The notes beneath the pieces are model-generated. The model worked only from the letters and a program-made list of their open reading frames with translations. It was not told the origin of the DNA and ran no database searches. Below, piece after piece: positions 50,098 through 61,725 of a stretch of DNA of 64,000 nt. The DNA comes from Tubulanus polymorphus (taxonomy: Eukaryota > Animalia > Nemertea). Position 1 is the stretch's first letter. Every line of letters starts with the position of its first letter. Where the stretch lies: NCBI RefSeq assembly GCF_964204645.1, contig NC_134031.1, forward strand, positions 6,758,001 to 6,822,000, given 5' to 3'. The position numbers and the translations under genes are program-made.

Positions 50098-50386
50098 TTT
50101 AATACTATATTTTTTATTAAAATTGATTTTAGAAGTTCAATGATTTATATTTTATTCATATATATATGAATATTTTAAGAGTAATAGGGGTTTAGTTGTT
50201 TCATATCAAAGGTTGAAAGGTTGAGGTTGATAAATTTTCCAAATGTTAAAATAATAATAATTTCTACTTGAATTAGGAGTGTACGCGACTAATTCAAGTA
50301 GAAATTGTTGTTATTTTAACATTTTGGAAAATTTCTCGGGCTCGACCTTTCGACCTTTGGTATGAAACAACTAAACCCCTATTACT
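49984..50386 (-). repeat. Right TIR (403 bp)
   Basis: Inverted copy of 32220-32622. Confidence 0.95.
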
Positions 50387-50504
50387 TGTAGCAAATCTTT
50401 TTACTACTTGTTGAAGACCATGTTTCTCCCCACATGAGATTGAAACGCCTGTGCAAAATATACACTGAGCTTATGTCGACTCATACCTTTTTTAGTTTTA
50501 ACGA

Positions 50505-50970
50505 GAAAATGGAAAATACAAATTGGCTTCCGGTGACCTTGACCTTTGACCTACAGGACACAGAATGTAATCAGTTATCCACATTGATTGGCGCAACCCA
50601 TATATCACATACTTCTCACCTAGATATATCAAACCATATTTGAGTTGGGGCCCAGAAATGGAAAATGCAAGAAGACTTTCTGTGACATTGACTCTTGACC
50701 TACCGGATCCAAAATCTAATCAGTTACTCACAGTCTCTAGGTCAAGCCGTTTCTCTAACTCTCAAATCTAAATCTGAAATCGTATTTGAGTTAGAGCCCG
50801 CCGCAAATGTTAAGTACAAAATGGGTTCCTGTGACCTTGACCTTTGACCTACAGGACCTTAGCCACATCTTGTGCAATACCATATGTTGAAAGTTAGGAC
50901 AATCTTTATGACGGTTTGCTAGGGCACGGAAACCACTGCGGACAGACGGACGGACGACGAAGTGAAAGCC
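50505..50970. repeat. Interspersed repeat with three GTGACCTTGACCTTTGACC subunits and a GGAC microsatellite (Helitron/HINE-like)
   Basis: Subunits at ~50533, ~50682 and ~50832; ggacagacggacggac at ~50941. Confidence 0.55.
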
Positions 50971-51784
50971 GGGTACGTAACGACTGTGTTTTTATGAGGA
51001 CATCTGTTGTACCAAAAATACATAAAAACGTCAGTTTTTTTTCATTTTTCCCATCATTTGAACAAAATTCATCACAATTTTCACTCCATTTTTTCTGCAG
51101 TTTTATATGGAAACCTCAAATGATGAAGACGTGTCTAATTTCATTTTTTTCTGTCCCCTTCCATCTTAAAACGCCTATTGTAAAATTTTGTTATCTTTAT
51201 TTTTTCCCTTCACCAAGCATATTTTTTTCATGTAAAAATTCGTACTCCAAGTGATTAAAAAAAGGCGAACCCCACGTGTCAGAATAACCAAATTGGGATG
51301 AATACCACGCTCTACTGCGCTGTAGGCGATACTACTCAACAAGAAATGTCCTGCTCCCCACATACAATATTTCAGAAAATCCCTTCATCCAAATTCACAG
51401 ATCTGATGAATACTAGCCCCACAAGACCAGGGAAATATCTCATTAGTTTTAGTTTAGCGAGAGGAAGCGGTTTTTTGTTGTATAACAATGAATTCGTCGT
51501 TATTATCATTCTTAAGGTTATGAACGTCATACAAGTAATTGTTTTATTTCGATGAATGAATATCAAATATCATGCTCTAGAAGATAAAATGCATTGTATC
51601 GCAAAATTAATCAATCTGTGAAAGTGAAATATCGAGAATTACGATTGATCGTTTTGTAATGTACATAAAAATTGAAGCATACATCCTTTTTTTATGGTTG
51701 TTGTCTGCTGTCACAGAAAACGAGTAATGTACATAAATGCAGAGTGTTATGGTGGGCGATAACTACCAAAACATAGCATTACTT

Positions 51785-51940
51785 TGAAAGATGGTGAAAA
51801 GATGATGAAAAGATGATGAAAATATAGTGAAAAGATGATGAAAAGATAGTGAAAAAATGAAAAGATAGTGAAATGATGATAAAAAGATGCAACGATGGAA
51901 AGGTGAAACAATGAAAAGGTTAAACGATGATAAGGTGAAC
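51785..51940. repeat. Degenerate (GATGATGAAAA)n simple repeat
   Basis: Read directly. Confidence 0.8.
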
Positions 51941-52249
51941 AGAGGTGGTCTTTAGGGAGTGAGTAGTATTGCGTTTTTCTACAAGACACGAAACTAGGTG
52001 ACAGACAACGGAGCCAACCTCACAATCGTTTTGGTTTAAAGATAAAAGAAAAAGAAAATTTTGCTCGGTAGAAAGGTTGAGAAAATTGGAGAACGATGCG
52101 AGTGCGCTAAATGACGGTAGCCGGGCATCGGGTCGTAGATGTCTTATAAAGGCCAGGCCTATTGCGGCGCTCACAGCAATTTATCACAAACCTCATCTAG
52201 AACGGAAAGTTTTACTTTTCATATCAACGGACTTGTCTTTCTGAATTTC

Positions 52250-52700
52250 TCATTTGTCACACAATATACAATAAAAATTTACTGAAGAATCAATTATAGA
52301 AAATGCGATAGAGATTTGCCTAAAACCAACGGTGATATTAATGCGGAAACCAACAAGACACGCCTGCAAACGGCCGACAAAACCAAAATCTTCACAAATA
52401 ATAAACACTAAAACTACGGATAAAACCATCCTTAAACTCCTCATTTCCCTTTTAGACGATTCATTATTTACACCGAGATTTGAACGTCGAGAAACCCGAC
52501 GGTAAAATATCACCGAAATAAGAATTGAATTGATGGAAACTATAATGCACATTGGAATCGTTACAGTTAGGTGCAGGAATAAAAACTTTGCCGAAAATTG
52601 GTAGATCCATTATCCAATGTCAATACGGATCCGCCTGGTACGCCAAGTTATACATGGCCAAGAGTCCGGACATTTCAGGAATCCAAGATGGTCTGTGGGT
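52250..52700 (-). pseudogene. GPCR relic (TM5-TM7); a second related fragment at ~55690-55885
   Basis: SLRMVLSVVLVFIICE and SSVNFY motifs with frame disruptions; cttcacaaataataaaca shared by both fragments. Confidence 0.65.
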
Positions 52701-52793
52701 AAAAACTGACCAAAATGTCCCAAAAACCAAGCAATTAAATAAACAACATTTTGAGATGAACTTTATGGGAATTTTACGAGATTTTAGTACCGG

Positions 52794-53045
52794 TAACCCT
52801 AGTGTTGGCCTGGTGAAACACAGAAACCCTAGTGTTGGCCTGGTGAATAAACGCAGTACCCCTAGTGTTGGCCTGCTGAATAAACGTAAATACCCTAGTT
52901 GGCCTGGTGAATTAACGCAGTAACCCTGGAGTTGGCCTGGTGAATAAACGTGAGAAACCCGAGTTCGAGTCTCAGACGAGAAAGCTTTAGTGTTTCGCCT
53001 CAGTCATTTTTAAGTTTTACTGGTATCCAAGAGGCATGTTGGGTT
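52794..53045. repeat. Minisatellite (ACCCTAGTGTTGGCCTGGTGAATAAACG-like) with unique tail; second copy at 55345-55570
   Basis: About five ~30-bp units; flanking sequence shared between the two copies. Confidence 0.8.
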
Positions 53046-53390
53046 GAGTCTCGTCGTCGGATGTCACTGTCCTGTTGAGCTAGCACGAAATAAAGGAAGT
53101 AACATATATGTACATAAAGAGTGCAAAGTTGTATGAAGTGAATCGAACTTGAACCTTCAGTTGGCGAATAAAAAAGATGAATATCTCGAGATTGCGGGGA
53201 ATATTTTTGCAACTTTTCAAAAAAGAATTCCCGCCACCTATCAGATTTGGGCATTTCAACTAGTTCGCCATCTAGCGGATGATTAGGTCAGTAGATCAGT
53301 CACGTCTGAGGTGACGTTACCGATACCTCGAGGTTTACATCGTCACGCCCGTCGTGGCCACGCCGGTGAGTGGGTTCTGAAATCGTGTGA

Positions 53391-54341
53391 TTATTTGACT
53401 GAATTTTTACAGCAGATTTTCATACAAAAATATTCACGAATTTCTCGTCCCAATAAAAGATATATGTAGAAATTTACCATATAGTTACACATAGCAATTT
53501 GAGTGAAAATGGCCAATAGAAAATCCCCCTTTTCCGGCGAGATAGGAAATAATACGGTAATTGTATTTGGAAGTGTAAAAATTGCAAATGCGAGTGAAAC
53601 TGTTACAAGCATTACTGTTGTACGATTTGATTTTGTAGTTTTCTGATCAGACAAGACCATTTTTGAGCCTCTGAATAACTGAACTATGATCATAGAATTT
53701 GATAGAATTATCAAAGTTAATGGTATAACATGAATGAGGATGACAACTATGGTAAAATACGTTATTTTGTCACTTAATTTATAGTAACATCCAAATGACC
53801 GGTCGGTGAACTTTATTGACAAGCTAGGTGTCAGATATAGAACTAGTGCATTCATTGCAGTAATTATGAATATAGCAGACCTAGCGAATCTCGGTGTACA
53901 TATCAAACGAGATGTGAACGGGAAGAGCACAACTGCCGCACGTTCTAGAGATATTGCTACTATCAACCACGAACTCTTGCTAGCTGCTAGTACCATTACA
54001 AACTCGTAGATTTGACAGCTGATAACTGAAAACATAATGAATATAGGACCATCTTTAACGTGCATGAGAACAGACTGTAAAACGGGCATCAGCGTATAAT
54101 TGATGCAGTACATAGTATCGCTGAGAGACAAAACGATGAGATAGTTAGCGTATGACAGGCTGCGGAATCGACGACTGATCATTATCAGGAAAGTAGCTAA
54201 GTTTCCGAAGACTCCTAACAGGAACACGCCAGGCAAAATGACCAGTGACACGGTACGGTAGATTCCTGACCTGTTCACCACAGACATGAGAACGATGTTA
54301 CCAAGATAAGCCCGACCGACTTGAATCTGAGTTGAATTCAT
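53391..54341 (-). CDS. Single-exon rhodopsin-like GPCR
   Basis: GN, LSLSD, LER, NFYIY motifs; 7 TM; 316 aa. Confidence 0.92.
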   Translation of the reverse strand: MNSTQIQVGRAYLGNIVLMSVVNRSGIYRTVSLVILPGVFLLGVFGNLATFLIMISRRFRSLSYANYLIVLSLSDTMYCINYTLMPVLQSVLMHVKDGPIFIMFSVISCQIYEFVMVLAASKSSWLIVAISLERAAVVLFPFTSRLICTPRFARSAIFIITAMNALVLYLTPSLSIKFTDRSFGCYYKLSDKITYFTIVVILIHVIPLTLIILSNSMIIVQLFRGSKMVLSDQKTTKSNRTTVMLVTVSLAFAIFTLPNTITVLFPISPEKGDFLLAIFTQIAMCNYMVNFYIYLLLGREIREYFCMKICCKNSVK

Positions 54342-57300
54342 GATTTTTGAAGATCAAATAAGAATTGTGCTGACTGTCTCAGAGTGTACTGACTGTCTGA
54401 GAATGTGCTAGAACTGACTATATCTTCTCGCTTTGGACTCTTTAACTCATTACTACAGCTACAATTCATTTATGAAATTTGCTGTTAGCATCAAATTGAG
54501 AATCAATTCTCAGAAATCTCACATTATTTACTCAGATTTGTGAAAGATAATTATTGTGTAAAATAAAGATGAAACTAAATTAAATATCAATAGTCATCAG
54601 TGATGAAAAATAAGACAAAACATCTGAACAGGTTTGAAATTGTCTATCAGTTCAATCATGAACGTATAAACTAGCTGTAGTTAGCGGGGGCTTTCGACCT
54701 GATGAATAATGCACTGACTTTAATGCATTCTGACTCTAAAACATCGCCATGCTACAGTTAGTAATATTTCCGGTCAGTAGAAAAACGACCAGTGTACAAT
54801 TTCACGAACACGTCTGCGCTAAAAAGTGGTTAAATTTGAATTGTTTGGCCTCGCTGAAAACATGCCTCATTCTATTTTTTGAGAGACTATGAATTTTTAC
54901 TGGTTCAAGAGGATTTGTTTTGATAAGTTTGGAGGAAAAGATGATCGAGCAAAGAGAAAACTCAGTTTTAGAGAGTTATGCTGAAGAAAAATCCCGTCGC
55001 GTAATCCGACTCGAACCTAATACGCAGACGACTTATAGTTTAATATATATTGAGAAAAAAAGATATCTGAAACGTGATTTTTAGAGGTAACCCCCGAGCC
55101 AACCGATATGGAAAATTCCGGCATTGTCGGACATTAAACTATTTTGAAATAATTTCATGTCCGAAAATCAAATTATATTGAAAACCAAATCAAATTATTA
55201 ACCGTATTTTAAAGCTATGGAGACAAAATCACCATATGTTAGATCCTTACAGCACTGGGTTCAAATTGAGCAAATTGAGATTTTCAACAACTAAATTCTG
55301 ATAATGGCAATTCTTTTTTTTTCAATTCCGTTAAAAGTGTCTTAGTACCCTAGTGTGGCCTGGTGAAACGCAGAAACCCTAGTATTGGCCTGCTGAATAA
55401 ACGTAAAATACCCTAGTATTGGCCTGGTGAATTAACGCCGTAACCTTTGAGTTGGCCTGGTGAATAAACGTGAGAAACCCGAGTTCGAGTCTCAGACGAG
55501 AAAGCTTTAGTGTTTCGCCACTTTCGTCATTTTTAAGGTTTACTGGTATCCAAGAGGCGTGTTGGGTTGCTTTTGTGTATTGCTGCTGGGAAAACTTGAA
55601 GTTGAGTTCTTTAATTTATATTTCTGTACCTTTTTTGCATTTGAGATATTTCCTTTCGTATGGATTGAATACTAGGTTCCTTGCGATATTGACTTCTTGG
55701 ACTTAGCGTTAGCACTAAGCGCGATAGGTTCCGTAGTTGAACCTGAAGCGATGGATTTAATCTCTAATGAAATTCATCATTTAACGACAAATTCTCTTTC
55801 TGTATGGTAATAAATGATGTCTTTTATTCTGTGTAATTCTTACAGTTTTCGAGCGAAGAAACCTTCACAAATAATAAACAACAAGATCCCCAGGGGCACG
55901 AAAAGGCTAGCCTGTATCAATCGTTCGTGAATGATACAATGAATTTTGTCAAAAGTACACATTCGGCTTCTATGTAATTTACACAGTACAATCATTTACA
56001 CAGACATACAGAACCAATAACTTCAAATTTCGTTTTTCCCCCATCTAAAGCTTATCAAGATACTCGTCTTCGACCGCATTTGTCTTACAAATCAAACAGG
56101 TCCCATCTTCAACCTGTATTCTACAATTGACTTTATCAATACATGTGTCATGTTGATTATTGTTTAGTAGTATTCTATAAATTTAGCTTTATGAATTACT
56201 TCATAATTGTGCCATAATTGCACTAAAAATTTGACATCCAATGAATTTCATAAACCAATAGGTTGATTTTCTCAGATATCAATGAAAAATCTAGCTAGTT
56301 TTCCCACAAATATTAGATTAGATTAGATTAAACTTTCATTCTCCTGACTATGATAGTATAAGGAGGTTCATACACATGTATATATAACAAAATATCAAAA
56401 CATACAATAAGAAATAGTATATAGATATAGTGTATAGATAGATATAAATACTATCGCAGTTATTCAAAGGAATCAATAATTACGTGCTTTTCATTTACAA
56501 TAAATAGGCTGTAAAGAGAATCAATTAATATATGTTTACAATGATTAGTCTAGCAAAAACAAACAAATAACATCAACAGTTTCTAGTTACAAAGCAAAAT
56601 TTGAATCAATGATATGTACAGATATATGTAACCAAGTAGCCTAGCCCGTTTTGAAATGACTTGGACGTTAAAGGACAAGTATCATCAATGGAGGTTCATA
56701 CAAACTATCATCAGTGAGGATATAACATTCGCACTAGTTTCAAATTTTAATCAATTTATATATCACACTTGGACAAGAATCGTATAAGGTGATGTTTTAA
56801 ATCACCATCAGTGGTATTTACCAAAGCCTTGTATTTCAGAACATTTGGCGAACGTCAGAGAAAAGAGGGAATGTGTAACTTGCGTTCTTTTCGTAATGAA
56901 TTGCATCCAATTCCATGTTTTACACGTATTACGTGTAAAACATGGAATTCATGACCTAGTTCTGCTATACCACATTTATTGCAAGATTTATCAAAATTGT
57001 CATGTGTATACCGATCTACTTCTACAGGCAGCGTATGGTTATTTGAACAAAACTTTAGCAGTAATCTTATACTTTTATGCAGGAGTGCTATCAGATATTT
57101 TTCTTGTATTTTGGCGCCAACTATATTGTGCTGCTACGCTGTCTGTGGTCGAACATGAACTCAGTTATTTTACGTTCGACATGTGTAAAAACAGGATTTC
57201 TCCGATAATATTCAAATCATCTAATTTTATTTTTTCCATCGAATACCCGGTAATTAATTTGTCTTTTCGGTCACTTGCATCCAGAAAACCCGTTATCGCT

Positions 57301-57528
57301 GCTTTGCAGCTATTTTTATTATTTCTTTTCCTCTTTCCAGTCATAAAATCTATCTCCTATCACATTTGAAAACTACTCGGGAACCCACCTATCAGTTTTG
57401 GGGCATTTTAACTAGTTCGCCATCTAGCGGATGATTAGGTCAATAGGTCAGTCACGTCTGAGGTCTCGAGGTTTACATCGTCACACCCCACGTGGCCACG
57501 CCGGTGAGTGGGTTCTGAAATCGTGTGA

Positions 57529-58479
57529 TTATTTGATTGAATTTTTACAGCAGATTTTCATACAAAAATATTCACGAATTTCTCGTCCCAGTAAAAGATA
57601 TATGTAGAAATTTACCACATAGTTACACATAGCAATTTGAGTGAAAATGGCCAATAGAAAATCCGTCTGTTCCGGCGAGATAGGAAAGAATACGGTAATT
57701 GTATTTGGAAGTGTAAAAATCGCAAATGCGAGTGAAACTGTTACAAGCATAACTGTTGTACGTTTTGATTTAGTAGTTTTCTGATCAGACGAAACCATTT
57801 TTGAGCCTCTGAATAACTGAACTATTATCATAGAATTTGATAGAATTATCAAAGTTAATGGTATAACATGAATGAGGACGACAACTATGGTAAAATACGT
57901 TATTTTGTCACTTAATTTATAGTAACATCCGAATGACCGGTCGGTGAACTTTATCGACAAGCCAGGTGTCAGATATAGAACTAGTGCATTCATTGCAGTA
58001 ATTATGAATATAGCAAATTTAGCGAATCTCGGTGTACATATCAAACGAGATGTGAACGGGAAGAGCACAACTGCCGCACGTTCTAGAGATATTGCTACTA
58101 TCAACCACGAACTCTTGCTAGCTGCTAGTACCATTATAAACTCGTAGATTTGACAGCTGATAACTGAAAATATCATGAATATAGGACCATCTTGAACGTG
58201 CATGAGAACAGACTGTAAAACGGGCATCAGCGTATAATTGATGCAGTACATAGTATCGCTGAGAGACAAAACGATGAGATAGTTAGCGTAAGATAGACTG
58301 CGGAATCGACGACTTATCATTATCAGGAAAGTAGCTATATTTCCGAAGACTCCTAACAGGAACACGGTAGGCAAAATGACCAGTGACACGGTACGGTAGA
58401 TTCCTGACCTGTTCACCACAGACATGAGAACGATGTTACTAAGATAAGCCCGACCGATTTGAATTCGAGTTGAATTCAT
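57529..58479 (-). CDS. Single-exon rhodopsin-like GPCR, recent duplicate of 53391-54341
   Basis: Same length, few substitutions; flanks also duplicated (~53235-54870 vs ~57385-59365). Confidence 0.92.
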   Translation of the reverse strand: MNSTRIQIGRAYLSNIVLMSVVNRSGIYRTVSLVILPTVFLLGVFGNIATFLIMISRRFRSLSYANYLIVLSLSDTMYCINYTLMPVLQSVLMHVQDGPIFMIFSVISCQIYEFIMVLAASKSSWLIVAISLERAAVVLFPFTSRLICTPRFAKFAIFIITAMNALVLYLTPGLSIKFTDRSFGCYYKLSDKITYFTIVVVLIHVIPLTLIILSNSMIIVQLFRGSKMVSSDQKTTKSKRTTVMLVTVSLAFAIFTLPNTITVFFPISPEQTDFLLAIFTQIAMCNYVVNFYIYLLLGREIREYFCMKICCKNSIK

Positions 58480-58932
58480 GATTCATGATGAGAGGAAAAT
58501 GTACTGACTGTCTCAGAGTGTACCGACTGTCTCAGAGTGTACTGACTGTCTGAGAATGTAATAGAACTGTCTTCTCGCGTATTGGAATATCAATTTAACT
58601 TTATCAATAAGGAATCATTAAACGCTATGCTATCATAAAATTGAAATTGAAAATCAATTCACAGAAATCTTACATGATTTACTCTGATTTGCGAAAGATA
58701 ATTATTGTGTAGAATATAGATGAAACTAAAGTAAATATCAATAGTCATCAATGGTCAAAAATATAGACAAAACATCTGAACAGGTTTGAAATTGTCTATC
58801 AGTTCAATCATGAACGTATAAACTAGCTGTAGTTAGCGGGGGCTTTCGACCTGGTGAATAATGCACTGACTCGTGTTTTCTGACTACAAAACATCGCCAC
58901 ATACTACCGTTAGCTATATGTTCGGTCAGTAG

Positions 58933-59277
58933 CATCCTCCCTCGGCAGGGATTCGAACCTGATGGCTTCGCTACACTCAGCTACGGCACGAACCCCTGCC
59001 ACACGAGACCGAGTGCGCAGGTACATGCGCAGCTTTGCCGCGCAAAAACTTGCGACACCAATCAGATTGCTCGTTGTGTAATTGCTGAGGTAAATTTCAC
59101 GGAAGAACTATAAATGGGAAAACCCGTGCTGAAATAAAACGGGATATCTGATTGCCTAATAATGACATCATCTAAGCTGCGCGTATAGCTGCGCACTGAT
59201 TAGTGTGGCAGTGTGGCAGGGTTTCGTACCGTGGCAACTCGATGCCATCAGGTTCGAATCCCTACCGTGGAAGGATG
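58933..59277. mobile_element. MITE with 9-bp TSD (Mutator-like)
   Basis: TSD GGTCAGTAG at 58924-58932 and 59278-59286; empty site in the paralogous segment at ~54772. Confidence 0.9.
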
Positions 59278-61639
59278 GGTCAGTAGAAAAACGACCATTG
59301 TCCGATTTCACAAACATGTCTGCGCTAAAATTGGTTATTGAATTTTTGGCCTCGCTGAAAACACGATATAAACCAATAGAAACTAAAGAAACTTCATAAT
59401 TTCACATACAACGACAACATATCGTATGTATTTTGTCAAATGAATAACAAGTAATTGCAAGTATTTGCTCGTCATTGCTCAACGACAACTCAACTTTGTA
59501 TCCAAACTCGTAGCCCTTTATACCGGTAAGTTCGAATCCCAGTAAAATGAAAAAAAAATGAATGACAAGGAGACATAACGACACCCACCCGAACAGTTTT
59601 TTTTTAATTTTTATAAACCAAGAACTAATTTCAGGTTTTTTTACTGGGTCGCTAAGCCTAAGATCTTCGGCCGAAAATGACGTATCTTTTTTTACCTAAC
59701 CCAATACTGCAGTTTGCGCGCGTATGAACGGTAGAAACGGCCGTTAGAAATCCATCAATGGAAAATGGTGTTCCCAAAAACCCATTCCAAAGTCGGTCCG
59801 GAATTATGCTAAAATGTAGGTGGGTGTATTATTTCGAGCCATACCATGAAACAACCATTTCCATAGCCCTTCACTGAGAACATGCGTGCAGATAATGATT
59901 GCGTACTGTAGACAATATAGATTAGCCTACAGTGTGCCATCTCCGATTAATCAGTACTTTGTAGCCTATACTGCCCAGCAGGGGCGCATCGAAGCTATAT
60001 TCCACTGTATTGCAGAATATAGTCAGAAAAATATGGATAACATATTTTCTAGAAGTACCTAATCTAACAGGTCTAGGATGCTTTTAAATAAGTGAAAAGA
60101 GTCATTATCAAAATTTTTCTTGGGGAGGAACCCCAAAGCACCCTTGATGAACTTTGCCGCAGGCATATCATTGAGCAATAATTTTTGAGAATATAGTCAA
60201 ATTCACCGGTTGGATCCGCCGCTGCTAGTTACCGCTATTTTCTAAGCAAAATGATACCCAGGATGGCTTTAGGCTGACGTGATAAATCTTAGCAATGACT
60301 GTCCAACTGATCCCTGAACATTGGATGCAAACGCTACTCATATTCTGGTTTCACGATTTCTGAGTGAATCAAACTGGTCGTCGAATCTTGAATCATGAAT
60401 ATGGAAATGGATAAACAGTTCTTTTTTTCAATCTGAGCCTACATGTAACTAATAAACGCTCTCAAATTTCTGTTAATTCACTAATAGAAGACAACTCAGT
60501 AATATTTTAAATGCGTACATGCGTATTTCGATACTGCCATTTTGTGATTTCATTGTATATTAATTCAGATGTAGTAAACGACACAAGTTGCATTTGTGTA
60601 AACAGGGAACACTCGTAAATAACATGTTCAGTAAATACAGCTAAATTGATAGCTACCAACAGGAAATTAAACTTGCCAGGGTTTCTAAAATGATTTTCTA
60701 TTAATTAAGAAGAGTGGTGCGTTGTTAATGTTGAAATTATCTTCGCGTATAGTATCTAATATGGAAGAACATCATGTTATTTTCGATCTCGAAATAGGGA
60801 TTGTCCCTGTTATTTATTTAATCGGTAGATTTCATTTGATTTGTTTTGATTTAGTGTCCCTCACAAACCCACCACACCTGCCGGGAGCTCTTGAGTCAAA
60901 ATTGGTTCAACCTGTTAACTTAGAGTCAAAATTCAGCTCCGGGTTCGGGTATTGGGGAATACAGCTTATTCCCGACTTAGTTTAGTTGTGAATGTTTAAT
61001 TGCAGTATGTTGCAACGTACGCCTGTGTATCATCAATTGATGAATGTAAAATCCCACAATTTTTGAACGACTAAACAGTTTAATTAAAATACTCGGATGG
61101 TTCCTGACACTCTTTTTCGGTCTAATGATCATTTTTGCCTGAAGAAAGGTGGTAGAATCCATCCGAAATATTTCGAGTATCTTAAACTTTTTAGTCGTTC
61201 GACAATTGTGGGATTTTACATTTATTGTTACATCACGAATATTGTGATCCTATTCATTATCAATTAATTGTTGGCATGTGTCTGCTGTAAAATCTCGTAC
61301 CTCCAGCGAAATTCTACAACACGTTCGTTTTTAATGATTCGTGATTCGGAATCCGACACAACGCTAATCGGGGTGTGGTGGGTTCGTAAGGGACACGAAA
61401 CTAAAAAATCGTACGAAATCTACCAATAAATAGATAACAGGGTCAATCCCTATTCTAAGATCAAAAAGAAATGTGTTAGATTTTTTCGTGCGACTTACCA
61501 GTTCCATGCACGTATACGTTTTTTTGGAGCCGCCTTCCCCATCATACTCGGCGCAATATTTTCGTAGTTCAAACTCGTATATCGTATTATTTCTACGCTG
61601 TTTGGCTTTTTGGGAAATAATGTTTTTGATGTTGTGCAG

Positions 61640-61725
61640 AATGCAAGGAATGCAAGGGCCATCTGTAATTTACTAGCATTTGAGGAATCATCTAATTTGT
61701 TCCTGTACTGTATTGTAAACCATGG
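61640..61725 (+). pseudogene. Possible GPCR TM7 relic
   Basis: ICNLLAFEESSNLFLYCIVN resembles the N..SS.NF.LYC TM7 motif. Confidence 0.3.

Larger units (their letters stand above)
32220..50386. mobile_element. Complete Polinton/Maverick (polintovirus-like endogenous virus), 18,167 bp
   Basis: 5'-AGT...ACT-3' ends, 403-bp TIRs, TSD TGTAGC (32214-32219 and 50387-50392), pPolB, integrase, ATPase and capsid genes; strongly AT-rich, intronless, gene-dense. Confidence 0.97.

Noticed and set aside
32220-50386. Contaminating free viral contig or misassembly
   Set aside because: A perfect 6-bp TSD and host-type sequence on both sides indicate true integration.
52794-52950. CRISPR-like array
   Set aside because: Contiguous minisatellite units without unique spacers.
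56845-57369. 174-aa hydrophobic ORF
   Set aside because: Non-ATG start, no recognisable motif, includes a repeat fragment; not supportable as a gene.
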